DNA of 60,691 nucleotides, the filler included, from an uncultured Methanosarcinales archaeon (GTDB lineage Archaea > Nanobdellota > Nanobdellia > Woesearchaeales > CAYSVS01), in the NCBI GenBank assembly GCA_964589485.1. It is 5 parts of 3 records of this genome, joined end to end, with 100 filler letters (N's around TTAATTAATTAA, not from the genome) between each part and the next. Parts side by side here need not be neighbours in the genome. Positions count along the whole stretch, not along the records: positions 15,004 to 40,132 come from CAZPRK010000001.1; 4 more parts are not named here. One strand, written 5' to 3'. Both the position numbers and the translations under genes were made by a program. How positions within the stretch are numbered: position 1 is the first letter of the stretch; each line of letters opens with the position of its first letter. Under the pieces are notes generated by a model. It was not told the origin of the DNA. It ran no database searches and saw only the letters and a list, made by a program, of their open reading frames with translations. Shown here in pieces: positions 28,833 to 39,222 of this stretch.

Positions 28833-30449
28833 TTATAACTTTTTAAATAATTCAGTTAAGTTTAATTCAATTGCTGTAACTGGGTTATTTAATTCCCATT
28901 TATTTAGAACTTCTGGGTGTATTTCACCAAGATATGCAATATTAACGTTATTCACATTAACACGTCCAACTCTTCCTTTAATAAAACTACTATGCTCTGT
29001 TTCTTTTACTTCATATTTTAGAGTAAGTGAATTTAATAAAGCATCTAAAATTTGTCTTACTTTTGTATAATCTGTGTCACCACAAAGTGTAATTCCAAGT
29101 CTTGTAAATTCTTCTACGCCTGTTTCTTCTTTATTGTTTTCTTTAAATACGGTTCCAATTGTAAAAATATTTTGAGGATATTCGTTGTGTTTATTTTCAG
29201 ATAAAATTTGCATTAAGTCTGGAATAATCCAAGGTCTTAATATATTATATTCTTTACTCATTGAATTTTCTAAAGCAACAAATTTAATTTTATTGTTCAT
29301 TTTATTTAAGTTTTCTTCGTTAGTGATATGGTAAGTATCACATTCTAATAATCCAAAACCTACTAATATTTCAGAAACATGCCTGACAAAAATTGCAAAT
29401 TTATTTTCTTCACCTATTGTAGAAACATTTGGTATTTCTGGAATGAAATTTTCATAACCGTATGCAATTGCTACATCTTCTACAAAATCAATTTGATGCA
29501 TGATATCTGTCCTATAAGATGGAACTAATACTTTTTTTTTCTCATAACCAAAACCCATTCTTTCTAATAAAATTTTAATTTCGCTTTCTTTTAACTCTAA
29601 TCCTAATATTTTATTTACAAAATTTAAATCAATATCCCATTTTTTTGGATTTAAATTAGGAGTTTCGTTTACTTGGTATATTTCTCCTCCCATTTCTGAT
29701 AATGATGTTACAATTATATTTAAACATGAATTTAATATTTCTTCATCAAATCCACTAACTTCAATAAAAATATCTTTTGTTGAAGTATTTACTTTTCCTG
29801 TGTTATGGCTGTTAATTATTGGTGGCATTGATAAAATTTCATTGTTAGAATCTATAAAAACTGGAAACTTTTTTTTACCTTCTAATAAATGTGCGTATTC
29901 TTTTCCTGCGGAATGTTTAGATAATATTTCTAATCCATTAATTATTTTTGGAAAATCTAATGGTCTAAATTTAATTTCATTTGGTTTTAAAGCAGTATAT
30001 TTTATTGGAAATTTTATGTGCTCCATTGGATAAATACCAATTGCAGCTTTTTTTCTTTTTCTACATAAAGTAATGTGTAATTTTTCTTGAATTTGTATTA
30101 TTTCTCTAATTTTTTCATCATCTAACTTAATATTTTTTACTACAGCTCCAACTGTATAAGGTCTAACATCTTTTACATTTTTGTCAATAATGAGTTTATA
30201 ATTTGATTGCTTAACATCGTATTTTCTTAAACCTGTTTTAACATTAATGAATGAACTAAATGCCCTTGCAAATCCTTGTTCACTTAACATATCTGGTCTG
30301 TTAGGAAAAACTTCAACAGTGATTTCATTTTCTTCTATTTTTTCTAAATCTGTTCCTAACATGCTAATTCTATCTTTTAATTTTTCTATTGGTAATTTTT
30401 TACCTACAAGTTTTTCAAAAACTTTTTTGTTTAATTTTACTGTTGGCAT
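28833..30449 (-). CDS. pheT: Phenylalanine-tRNA ligase beta subunit
   Basis: PNRPDMLS, QEKLH, SMPPIINS, R.DIMH.ID.VEDVAIAYG. Confidence 0.97.
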   Translation of the reverse strand: MPTVKLNKKVFEKLVGKKLPIEKLKDRISMLGTDLEKIEENEITVEVFPNRPDMLSEQGFARAFSSFINVKTGLRKYDVKQSNYKLIIDKNVKDVRPYTVGAVVKNIKLDDEKIREIIQIQEKLHITLCRKRKKAAIGIYPMEHIKFPIKYTALKPNEIKFRPLDFPKIINGLEILSKHSAGKEYAHLLEGKKKFPVFIDSNNEILSMPPIINSHNTGKVNTSTKDIFIEVSGFDEEILNSCLNIIVTSLSEMGGEIYQVNETPNLNPKKWDIDLNFVNKILGLELKESEIKILLERMGFGYEKKKVLVPSYRTDIMHQIDFVEDVAIAYGYENFIPEIPNVSTIGEENKFAIFVRHVSEILVGFGLLECDTYHITNEENLNKMNNKIKFVALENSMSKEYNILRPWIIPDLMQILSENKHNEYPQNIFTIGTVFKENNKEETGVEEFTRLGITLCGDTDYTKVRQILDALLNSLTLKYEVKETEHSSFIKGRVGRVNVNNVNIAYLGEIHPEVLNKWELNNPVTAIELNLTELFKKL

Positions 30450-30450
30450 T

Positions 30451-31968
30451 TTATTTCATCCAATACCTCATTTCTCTTAATTTTTTTAGATCATTTTTAT
30501 ATAAATCTCTTATGTCTGTTATGTTAAAATATTCTAAAATTATTCTATCAAAACCAGGTCCCCATGCTAAAACTGGGATAAATTTACCAAACAAAGGTTC
30601 AACTACTTCTGGTCTAAATATACCTGCTCCACCAAATTCAATCCATTTTTTATGTATTGGGTGGAATACATCGATTTCAACACTTGGTTCAGTATATGGG
30701 AAATGTGCAGGTCTAAATCTTGCCTTTGGAAATCCCATTTGTGCAAAAAACTGTTTTAAGTATCCTAATAAATGTCTAAAATTAGCATTTGGATCTATTA
30801 CTATACCTTCGGTTTGATTAAATTCAAATAAATGGCTCCAATCCATGGTTTCATTTCTAAAACATCTTCCTAATGCAAAATACTTTCCAGGAGTTTCTTT
30901 TATTTTAGTTAAAGTTTGAGCACTTAATACTGTAGTATGTGTTCTTAGAACATTTCTTTTAGCATCTTCTTCATCCCATTTATAATTCCAACCTTTGCTC
31001 CCTTTTGATCCTATTTCATGAGATTTTTTAACTTTATCTACAATTTTTGAATTAGGAAGTTTTCCTTTATTACCTATATAAAAAGTATCTTGCAATTCTC
31101 TTACTGGGTGATCTTGTGCAGTAAATAATGCATCAAAATTCCAAAAGCTAGAATTAACTAATGTTCCTTCCATTTCTTGAAAACCCATATTAAGCCAAAC
31201 CTTTTTTGCATAATCTGTTGCTAATTTTACAAAATGTCTTTTTCCATAATTAATTGAAGGAACATTTATTTCTACATCAAATTCTTTGAATTGTTTATTT
31301 TTCCAACTTTGATTTTTTAGAATTGAGGGTGTAATTTTTTCAATCAGTTCTGTATTTAATTTTTTTTTATCAATTGATTTTCCTAATCTTGTTAATTTAA
31401 TAAATTTCTTTTTTTGTAATTCTTTTTTAATGATTTCTTTTCGTTTAATTAAGTTATTAAATGCTAATTTTTCTTCTGGTTTTAAATCATTTAATTTAAT
31501 TTTTTCTTTTGAAATTTTGTTTAGTAGTTGAGAATCTAGATTAGGTTTTTCTAATATTTTTTTACCTTGACTATTTATTTTTATCATTAAACCATTATCT
31601 TTAGTTATTTCTATTGCTGCTTGCTTTTTTAATTCACCTATGCATATATTGATTTCTTCTTTTTCTAAATTTGCTTTTTGAGATATTTTTTCAATTGTCT
31701 CAAAGTCTTTAGTTAAAGCTTTTAAAAATCTAACTTCGGGTAGTCCTTGTTCAAAATATTTTTCTCCATTTTTTGATAATATAATAATTTCTTCAGAACT
31801 TTCTTCTATTTCGACTATTTTTTTATTTTCAAGCCACTGTAATGCTCTCATAACTTCTATATCTTTTAATTTAGAATTAATATGTAATTTTTTAAATTCA
31901 ATTACATCTACAATTAACAATAATACTTTTTTTTCTAAATTACTCAACTGAGAATCTACTTTACTCAT
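30451..31968 (-). CDS. pheS: Phenylalanine-tRNA ligase alpha subunit
   Basis: WNFDALF.AQDHP.R, LRTHTT, FPYTEPS, GIFRPE. Confidence 0.97.
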   Translation of the reverse strand: MSKVDSQLSNLEKKVLLLIVDVIEFKKLHINSKLKDIEVMRALQWLENKKIVEIEESSEEIIILSKNGEKYFEQGLPEVRFLKALTKDFETIEKISQKANLEKEEINICIGELKKQAAIEITKDNGLMIKINSQGKKILEKPNLDSQLLNKISKEKIKLNDLKPEEKLAFNNLIKRKEIIKKELQKKKFIKLTRLGKSIDKKKLNTELIEKITPSILKNQSWKNKQFKEFDVEINVPSINYGKRHFVKLATDYAKKVWLNMGFQEMEGTLVNSSFWNFDALFTAQDHPVRELQDTFYIGNKGKLPNSKIVDKVKKSHEIGSKGSKGWNYKWDEEDAKRNVLRTHTTVLSAQTLTKIKETPGKYFALGRCFRNETMDWSHLFEFNQTEGIVIDPNANFRHLLGYLKQFFAQMGFPKARFRPAHFPYTEPSVEIDVFHPIHKKWIEFGGAGIFRPEVVEPLFGKFIPVLAWGPGFDRIILEYFNITDIRDLYKNDLKKLREMRYWMK

Positions 31969-32003
31969 AGGTTAAAAAAAATAAAGAATATATTTAAAAT
32001 CTT

Positions 32004-32804
32004 CTATTTCTTAATGTTTTTCCAAGTTAAATCAAACATGTTTTCCAGAGCTGTTGCAAAAAAAGGAGTTTTAACCCAAATTCCTACATCGTATGTAGGA
32101 TGAACTTTTTTATCATCTGCAACCATAAACATTACTTCTTTATTATCGACAACTGTAAATCTTGCGTTTACTTTATCTATGTGTTTAACTTCGGCTATGC
32201 CTGCTAATTCTTGAATTGCGTCTTTACTTTCTTTTGTTAATGGTGCTGCAATTCTTATTTTAACACCTTTTTTATTTAATTTTTCAAGCACAGGTTTTAA
32301 TCCTTCAGCTTTTCTTATAAGTCCTTGTTCTGTTGTCATTAAACTAACTGATTTTTCAGCATTTCTTAAAGTAAGTTCTAATTGGTTATATAAATTATGT
32401 CTTCCTCTTAAACTTCCCGCTAATTCATTTGGTTCTATTAATTCAACACCTTGAGTGTGTAAAGAATTTAATTCATTAATGATTGGTGTTGTTTTTAGAG
32501 TTTCTAATCTACCTATTTTTTCATCTGCATCACTTTTCATATTTTTTTTAACCCTTTCAACTACTTCAGCAGGGGGGACTGCTAAATATTTGATTGGTTT
32601 TCCTAGTTTCATTACTACAAATCCTTTTTTTTCTAAACTTTCTAAAACATCGTAACTTCTACTTCTTGGAACATTGGCAATATCGCTTAACTCTCCTGCA
32701 GTACTAACTCCTCTTGATAATAGGGCTGTCCAAATTTTAACTTCATATAAGTTAAGTGCAAAATATCTTCTTAATTTACTTAAAAACTCGTCTTTAACGA
32801 TCAT
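32004..32804 (-). CDS. TrmB-family transcriptional regulator / chromatin protein
   Basis: LNLYE, VPRSRSYDVL.SL.KKG, P.KY.AV HTH; PLD-like C-domain. Confidence 0.92.
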   Translation of the reverse strand: MIVKDEFLSKLRRYFALNLYEVKIWTALLSRGVSTAGELSDIANVPRSRSYDVLESLEKKGFVVMKLGKPIKYLAVPPAEVVERVKKNMKSDADEKIGRLETLKTTPIINELNSLHTQGVELIEPNELAGSLRGRHNLYNQLELTLRNAEKSVSLMTTEQGLIRKAEGLKPVLEKLNKKGVKIRIAAPLTKESKDAIQELAGIAEVKHIDKVNARFTVVDNKEVMFMVADDKKVHPTYDVGIWVKTPFFATALENMFDLTWKNIKK

Positions 32805-32896
32805 TATGTCATCCCCTCATTTTTTTGTAGTTTTATAATTTGAAACTACACTGCAATGACTAATAAAAAAATAAACTTATATTTAAACTTATGTAT

Positions 32897-33946
32897 TTAA
32901 ATTTTATACCTAAGAACTGCAGCAATTCCGCCCAAACCATGTAATTGTTTTCCTGCGTCGTGAATAGTGCTTATTAAATGTACTTCACCTTTTGATGAAT
33001 CTACAATTTGCATTAAGTTTTCTAATTCATGGTATTTTCCCATTTCTCTCATTTTTTTGACTTTTGAATCGCTTATTAATAAAATTTTAACTGCACCCAT
33101 TTCAATTGCTTTTTTAACTTCTCTTATTCCGTAAGCAGCTAAATTATCTTTAGATATTCTTTGCATGACTTCATCAACCAATTTTGTTTCTTTTGAAATT
33201 ATGTCTTGTTTTAAAACGTGTTGAACTTCTTGTCTTTTAAGTACTTCATTTATTGCATTATTGGTGACGCTTGAACATGTTGCTAACGTAATTGATTTTT
33301 TTAATTTACTATCTTTAATTCCTTTTACAAAATCTTCTTTAAAAAAAGCAGGACTTGCAACAATTACATGTTCTGCTTTAGCTTTATATTCAAACAAAGC
33401 TTTTTCCAAGTCGACATAAAAATTTCCTTTAGTATTTACGCCATCTATTTTTTTAGATACATCCCCATTTATTTCTGCCAATATTTTATAGTTTGATTTA
33501 TTATTTAATGCAAAAATTGCATTTTCTCTGTCCATAACTAAAATTAATATTTTAGGAGAATTTGTATTTATGGCTTCATTTAATTTATTAATTTGAAAAC
33601 TAAGCCACTTTTTTTTCTTAATTGTAACTAAATTATCTTCTAAAGTAATATTAACACTATGATAAGATCCAGATGCAATATCATCCTTACCTTCGGTTAC
33701 TTTCCCATTTAATCTTAAAGAATCTTCCGTAAATTCTATTTTTTCAACTTCTATTTCTAGAATAATTATTTTTCTTACACTTTTTCCTGAACGATCATCA
33801 TTTGTACCTAATTTTATTTTCCTTTCAGTCTTACCAGTAATTAAGTCTCCAGGGTCAATAATTTGGCTTAAATACCATAAGTCATCTAAATTTTCAACTT
33901 TTAATTTAGCAATGCCTTTTTTTAGATCTAATGCTGATTTTTTCAT
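32897..33946 (-). CDS. pelA: mRNA surveillance protein pelota
   Basis: DDLWYL, GSYH, ASPAF.K, LGGIAAVLRY. Confidence 0.96.
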   Translation of the reverse strand: MKKSALDLKKGIAKLKVENLDDLWYLSQIIDPGDLITGKTERKIKLGTNDDRSGKSVRKIIILEIEVEKIEFTEDSLRLNGKVTEGKDDIASGSYHSVNITLEDNLVTIKKKKWLSFQINKLNEAINTNSPKILILVMDRENAIFALNNKSNYKILAEINGDVSKKIDGVNTKGNFYVDLEKALFEYKAKAEHVIVASPAFFKEDFVKGIKDSKLKKSITLATCSSVTNNAINEVLKRQEVQHVLKQDIISKETKLVDEVMQRISKDNLAAYGIREVKKAIEMGAVKILLISDSKVKKMREMGKYHELENLMQIVDSSKGEVHLISTIHDAGKQLHGLGGIAAVLRYKI

Positions 33947-34017
33947 GTTAAAAATAGAAATATATTTATATATAAAGTTATTTATTTTAAAGTAATAAAG
34001 AATAGATTACAGGTGAT

Positions 34018-35220
34018 TTGATGCTATTAAAAAAAAAAAGAGGCCAAGAGACTGGAACAGGTGCTGCTGTTTTAGTGTTAGTTATTGCAATTTTAGCAGT
34101 GTTTTATATTATGACTATTCCACAATCCGATAGAGACGAATTACTAAGATCTAATTCTGATTCTGACTGGGATGACGATGATGATAATGATGATTTAATT
34201 GAAATAAATTTATTAGAAAAAATTCCTGGTAAAGTTACATATCTTAAAAATAAAGATATCCAACATAATTTAGAAGACTTTAACTTGTTTAGTCGAACAT
34301 CAGGAACTGTAATTAAAGAATTAAATTCTTTATATGTAAAAAATGCTGTATTTAGTGATAAAAGCTATAATTTTTCATTTTTATTAGAAGATTTAAGTAC
34401 TGTTGATAACTCTTTATTAACTTTTAATACTAAAAAAGGGACTGGGATTTTGACAATAACTTTAAATGGTAATGAAGTAGTTCAAAGTAAATTAATACCT
34501 GGTCAAAATAATCCAATTAAACTTTCAAATGAATTTCTTCAAAATGAAAATGTATTAGTTTTTAGTGTTTCTTCGGTTGGAGTAGCTTTCTGGAATACAA
34601 ATGAATATTTGTTAGAAAATATTCAAGTTACAGGAGATATTACTGATGTTTCAACGCAAGCTTCTCAGCAAACTTTTGTAGTTGATAGTTTTGAAAAAGA
34701 AAATTTAGAAAAAGTAACTTTGGTTTATTATCCTGATTGTAAAGAGGATGAAGTTGGACTTTTAAAAGTTAATGTAAATAATTGTAAAGCTTTTACTGGA
34801 GTTCCGGCTTGTAATCAATTAAGCAAACATCAATTACCTAACTATTGTTTGAATGAAGGAGAAAATATTATTAGCATGGATAGTGAAGATGGACATTATC
34901 TTATGACTAGGGTTCAATTAAGAACAGACCTTAAAGAAACAAGAGAATTAGTTTATGATTTTTATTTAAACGAAACTCAGTTTAGAGGTTTCAGGCAAGG
35001 TAATTTTGTTAATTTAAGTTTAAGATTTGCTGATCCTGAAGAAACTAAAGATGCTAGGCTTATTATTAATGGCAAAGAAACAGTTTTAAATACTAGATCT
35101 GCAAGTTATGATTCTAAACTGAATGTTTATCTAACTCAAGGTAGTAATGTCATCAAAATAATTCCAAAAAATGATTTTTATATTGCAGAATTGAAAGTGG
35201 ACTATTTTGAGAGGGATTAA
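34018..35220 (+). CDS. Secreted beta-rich protein with class III (pilin-like) signal peptide
   Basis: KKKRG/QE followed by a hydrophobic helix; repeated L..G.N.I strands. Confidence 0.7.
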   Translation: MMLLKKKRGQETGTGAAVLVLVIAILAVFYIMTIPQSDRDELLRSNSDSDWDDDDDNDDLIEINLLEKIPGKVTYLKNKDIQHNLEDFNLFSRTSGTVIKELNSLYVKNAVFSDKSYNFSFLLEDLSTVDNSLLTFNTKKGTGILTITLNGNEVVQSKLIPGQNNPIKLSNEFLQNENVLVFSVSSVGVAFWNTNEYLLENIQVTGDITDVSTQASQQTFVVDSFEKENLEKVTLVYYPDCKEDEVGLLKVNVNNCKAFTGVPACNQLSKHQLPNYCLNEGENIISMDSEDGHYLMTRVQLRTDLKETRELVYDFYLNETQFRGFRQGNFVNLSLRFADPEETKDARLIINGKETVLNTRSASYDSKLNVYLTQGSNVIKIIPKNDFYIAELKVDYFERD

Positions 35221-35231
35221 CTCTTTATAAA

Positions 35232-36884
35232 ATGTCATCTGACGAAAATAAGGATCCTGTAGACAAGCTAGATGAAAATAAACATGATAAAGCAGTAGCT
35301 AATGCTTCAAATGATGTACCTGGTGAAAGTTCTTCAAATAAAGAAAGTTCAGATTCTACCAAAGGTACTCCAGCCAAAGCAAATCAAAATGATTTTTGGA
35401 AGAAATTAGGAAATAATTTAAGTTTTGATAATGAGAAAAAATCAGATATTTCTAAACTTAAAATAATTTTTGTATTTGGTTGGTTAATGTGGGCATTAGA
35501 TAACTTTACTGGTATTTCAGGAAACACTGGTTTTTTTCTTTTACTCAATTTAGCTTTTATTGCTTATGCAAGTGGCGAGATGGGAACTATAGTTTCTTTG
35601 TTGGCGGGAGGTTTAACTTATTTTCATGGTTATATTTTTGATGTTTTGAGAACTACCTTCTCCCTTAATTTACAAGAATACTTACTACCTATTTATTATC
35701 CTTTTTGGGTTATTGCTGCTTATTATGTCAAAAATAAAGATGACAAAGCAAATTTTTTCACAAAAATTGCTATAATTTATTTTATAATTTTTGGAGTGTT
35801 TACTTATGGGTTGGATGTAAACTTGGATCAGTTTGTTCAATCTGATTCTGTAAAACAATTAAGAGAAGAACAATCAGAAAGAGCAAGTGATAGTATTAAG
35901 AAAAAGTTTACTTGTACAGTTAGAGAATGGTGGTATGGTGAAGATTTTAAACTATGTATGAATCCAGTAGATGATAAAAATGATCCTAAAGCTGAAAAAT
36001 CAAGAAATGTTAAAAATTTTGATATTAAAATAAGTGAGCCAAGTGATTTTAAATTACCAATTATTACAAACCCTTTAACTACTTTAATTCCTGCAACTTT
36101 ACATTATGAAAGTGTTGACCAAAATGTTGATTTAAAAGTTAGTTGTAAATTTATTAAAAATAGTGTAGAAGTTAGTGGAATTGCTGTAACTGGCAATACT
36201 GATAATATAATTAAAATAAGAGGAGATGACATTAAAAAAATTAGAATTAACTGTAAACCTTTTGAAGAGTTAGATAATGGTAACTGGAAAACTGAATTTA
36301 TTGTAGATGTGGATAATGTTACAACTGTTTCTCGTTTACCTTTGCTTTTTGTAGAATCATCTAAGCAAGATGATGAAATTAAAAGGTTAAGAGAAACTTT
36401 TATTGATCCTTTATATTCTTTTACAAAAAATCAATATAAAGCTATAGTTCCTGGGACTGATTTATCTTATGTTTCTTTTAGTTTAGGAACAGAATATAAT
36501 AACCCTATTATTAAAGTTAAAGATGATTTAGATTTACAGTTAGATTTATTTGTTGTTAACAATGGAAATGGAAAAATTAAAACTATAGAACAAGTTGATG
36601 TTAATTTATATGATGGATTTAAATCTAAAGAACCTTGTTTTGGTATTTCTCAAGATGGAAATAATCTTAATTTAGAAATTAGTGAAAAAAACTTTGAATC
36701 GGTAAGAAAAAATAAAATAGCATTAAACAGAGTGTGCATTGTTAGTGTAGGAGAAAAATATTTTGAAGATCCTTTAAATAATTTTGAAAGTACTGGTTAT
36801 ATTAATACTGATTTCACTGCAAGTGTAAAATACTCTTATCAAATTAAAAGGAATATAAACATTAGGGTGGCAAAACCAAGATGA
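35232..36884 (+). CDS. Hypothetical membrane protein with large extracytoplasmic domain
   Basis: Disordered N-terminus, several TM segments, beta-rich C-terminus ending Y.Y. Confidence 0.7.
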   Translation: MSSDENKDPVDKLDENKHDKAVANASNDVPGESSSNKESSDSTKGTPAKANQNDFWKKLGNNLSFDNEKKSDISKLKIIFVFGWLMWALDNFTGISGNTGFFLLLNLAFIAYASGEMGTIVSLLAGGLTYFHGYIFDVLRTTFSLNLQEYLLPIYYPFWVIAAYYVKNKDDKANFFTKIAIIYFIIFGVFTYGLDVNLDQFVQSDSVKQLREEQSERASDSIKKKFTCTVREWWYGEDFKLCMNPVDDKNDPKAEKSRNVKNFDIKISEPSDFKLPIITNPLTTLIPATLHYESVDQNVDLKVSCKFIKNSVEVSGIAVTGNTDNIIKIRGDDIKKIRINCKPFEELDNGNWKTEFIVDVDNVTTVSRLPLLFVESSKQDDEIKRLRETFIDPLYSFTKNQYKAIVPGTDLSYVSFSLGTEYNNPIIKVKDDLDLQLDLFVVNNGNGKIKTIEQVDVNLYDGFKSKEPCFGISQDGNNLNLEISEKNFESVRKNKIALNRVCIVSVGEKYFEDPLNNFESTGYINTDFTASVKYSYQIKRNINIRVAKPR

Positions 36885-37729
36885 AAAAATTATTTTTTTT
36901 ATTACTAATTTTATTGGTAGGTTGTAAAACTGATTTTAATTTAAATAAAAGTCCTATTGAATCATTTACTGTAAGTTCTGAAGGTTTAGTTGTAGAAAAA
37001 ATAAAAAATATGCCGCCTGACAAAATATTTGAATCAGAAGAGTTTAAGTTTGGATTGGAAGTAATTAATAAAGGGAGTGAAGAAATAAAAGGTGCACATA
37101 TTTATTTAGGCGGACTTAATCCAAATTATTTTGAGTTTGATTCAAAAGAGTTAGATAAAAAAATTAACCTCGAAAGTAGAAGTAAATTTAATCCCGAAGG
37201 TGGAAAAACTTTAATTGAAGTTACTGCAAAAAATACAGGTATACCTGTAGGGACAGTGAAGGAATACATTGCTCCTTATGAAGTAGGTATCGAGTATGAA
37301 TATAATACTAAATCTAATGCTGAAGTGTGTATAGATTCAGGAGTTGAATCTGTACTTAAAGTATGTACTGGTGAATTAACTTCATTATCTAGTCAAGGAT
37401 CCCCTGTCTCTCTAAGCAAAGTTAAACAATTTACTACTAATTTAAGAAATGGTAAGGTTGCAAATTTTGAATTAACTTTTAAGAAATTTGGAAAAGGAAA
37501 AGTTAACGGTGACGTGGTTAAATTAATTAATGTTAAATTATCTGATAAAAATTTAAAATGTAAATCTGAATCTAAAAAGTTAAAAGAAGACCAATTAACT
37601 TTTTTTTGTACGCTTGATTTACAATCTAATGTTGGAAATTATAAAACTGTTTTAAGTTCAGAAATTATTTATAATTATAGATCTATTCATGAAGGAAAAA
37701 TTATTGTTCAGAAATATGCTCAGGAGTAA
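36881..37729 (+). CDS. Hypothetical lipoprotein
   Basis: MKK-hydrophobic-LLVGC lipobox; ATGA overlap with upstream gene. Confidence 0.72.
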   Translation: MKKLFFLLLILLVGCKTDFNLNKSPIESFTVSSEGLVVEKIKNMPPDKIFESEEFKFGLEVINKGSEEIKGAHIYLGGLNPNYFEFDSKELDKKINLESRSKFNPEGGKTLIEVTAKNTGIPVGTVKEYIAPYEVGIEYEYNTKSNAEVCIDSGVESVLKVCTGELTSLSSQGSPVSLSKVKQFTTNLRNGKVANFELTFKKFGKGKVNGDVVKLINVKLSDKNLKCKSESKKLKEDQLTFFCTLDLQSNVGNYKTVLSSEIIYNYRSIHEGKIIVQKYAQE

Positions 37730-38258
37730 ATTCTTGTAATTTAAATTCTCTTCTTTTTTTCTCTAACCACTTATAAATATGGCTATGTGGGCTACCTGTT
37801 AATAAACTTTCAATTGCTTTTCTTGTAGTTGCAACATTTCTAGGATCGCCGATTATAGCAATTGTTTTCCCATAAATACAAATATATGTATCTGTTAAAC
37901 CTTCTATTGTTTTTCTGGCTTTACCTTCTTGTCCTATAACTCTTCCTTTTAATCTAAGACCTTTTTTTACACTATCTCCAGAAAACTCTTTTATGTTTAG
38001 AACTTCTAATGAATAATCTGGTTTTAATAATAATTTTGCATAATCTGGATTAAATCCCCTTGAAATTGCTCTTATAACTTCTCTTGCACTATATAGGCCT
38101 AATGCATCTTCACCATGAATTAAAATATCTCCTTCTTTACTATCAATTTCTATATTAGTACTAGTAACTTGTTCAAGTTCTTTCTTAGTTTCTCCATTTT
38201 TACCTATTAATACTGCAATTCTATCTTTAGGTATTTTAATTTCGTAATTAAATTCCAT
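37701..38258 (-). CDS. KH-domain rRNA-processing protein (Dim2/Pno1/Krr1 family)
   Basis: RIAVLIGKNG, AISRGF, KGRVIGQEG; adjacent to RIO1. Confidence 0.93.
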   Translation of the reverse strand: MEFNYEIKIPKDRIAVLIGKNGETKKELEQVTSTNIEIDSKEGDILIHGEDALGLYSAREVIRAISRGFNPDYAKLLLKPDYSLEVLNIKEFSGDSVKKGLRLKGRVIGQEGKARKTIEGLTDTYICIYGKTIAIIGDPRNVATTRKAIESLLTGSPHSHIYKWLEKKRREFKLQEFTPEHISEQ

Positions 38259-38284
38259 TTAAATGATAGTTTAATTAGTTGTTT

Positions 38285-38998
38285 TTAAAGGTTTTTGATT
38301 TTTTCATGCATTTTATCCTTGTCAACATCTAATCCTATTTTTTTAAAAAAAGTTTGTATATTTTTAATGTCTCTATCAAGAAATATTTCAGAGTTAAGAT
38401 CTTTAATAGGTGTTGCTTGAGAAAAGTCAATTAATACTGGTTTTTCATCTTTGACTAGGATATTAAATGCACTTAAATCTCCATGTATTAATTTAGCTTT
38501 ATATAATTTATTCATTTGATTTAAAATTTCTTCAAATATTTTTTTCTTAGCTTTAGGTTTATGATGCAATAATTTAGGCGAAGGGTCTTTTTTACCTATA
38601 TATTCAATTACGAGTACATTATTCTTATAGGCTATTGGGGTTGGAACTCTTACATTCGCTTCTCTTGCTAAGTTTAAATTTCTAAATTCCCTTTGAACCC
38701 ATGAATAAATAATATTTCGTTTAGTTTTTTTTAAATTATAATATCTTGGGTCTGATTTGATATAATCAAACATTTTTCCAAAATCACAACTTTGAACTCT
38801 GTATATTTTAACAATTACTCTATCATTTCCTTTTTTTGCTGTAAATACATTTGCTTCTTTTCCTAAAGCAATTGGACTTTCTAATTCATCAAATAAACCT
38901 TGTGAACTTAGTTTAAACACGGTTCTTAACGTAGATTCATCAAAAACATTTTCTAAACTCTTGATTCTATCGTTTGTAAGTTTTTTTAATTGTTTCAT
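38285..38998 (-). CDS. rio1: RIO1-family protein kinase
   Basis: GKEANVF, VKIYR, EFRNL, HGDLSAFNIL, IDFSQ. Confidence 0.95.
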   Translation of the reverse strand: MKQLKKLTNDRIKSLENVFDESTLRTVFKLSSQGLFDELESPIALGKEANVFTAKKGNDRVIVKIYRVQSCDFGKMFDYIKSDPRYYNLKKTKRNIIYSWVQREFRNLNLAREANVRVPTPIAYKNNVLVIEYIGKKDPSPKLLHHKPKAKKKIFEEILNQMNKLYKAKLIHGDLSAFNILVKDEKPVLIDFSQATPIKDLNSEIFLDRDIKNIQTFFKKIGLDVDKDKMHEKIKNL

Positions 38999-39144
38999 TG
39001 TTGTTACTTTATTGTGTGTATTTATAATTGTATTGCTCTTTATTTAACTACTCGGCAGTAACTAAAAATAGAAAAGTTTAAATACTAGTTGTGCTTTACT
39101 ACACTTAGATAACAACAAAAGTTGTCATCTAAACACCTCTCTTT

Positions 39145-39176
39145 CCCCCTAAGGCTTTGCTTTACGGGGGTTTTTT
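39145..39176 (+). terminator. GC hairpin followed by T6 (terminator-like)
   Basis: CCCCCTAAGGC-TTT-GCTTTACGGGGG then TTTTTT. Confidence 0.5.
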
Positions 39177-39222
39177 ATATTCAAACAATAGATTTAAATA
39201 AGACTGTATATTTCAGATTATT

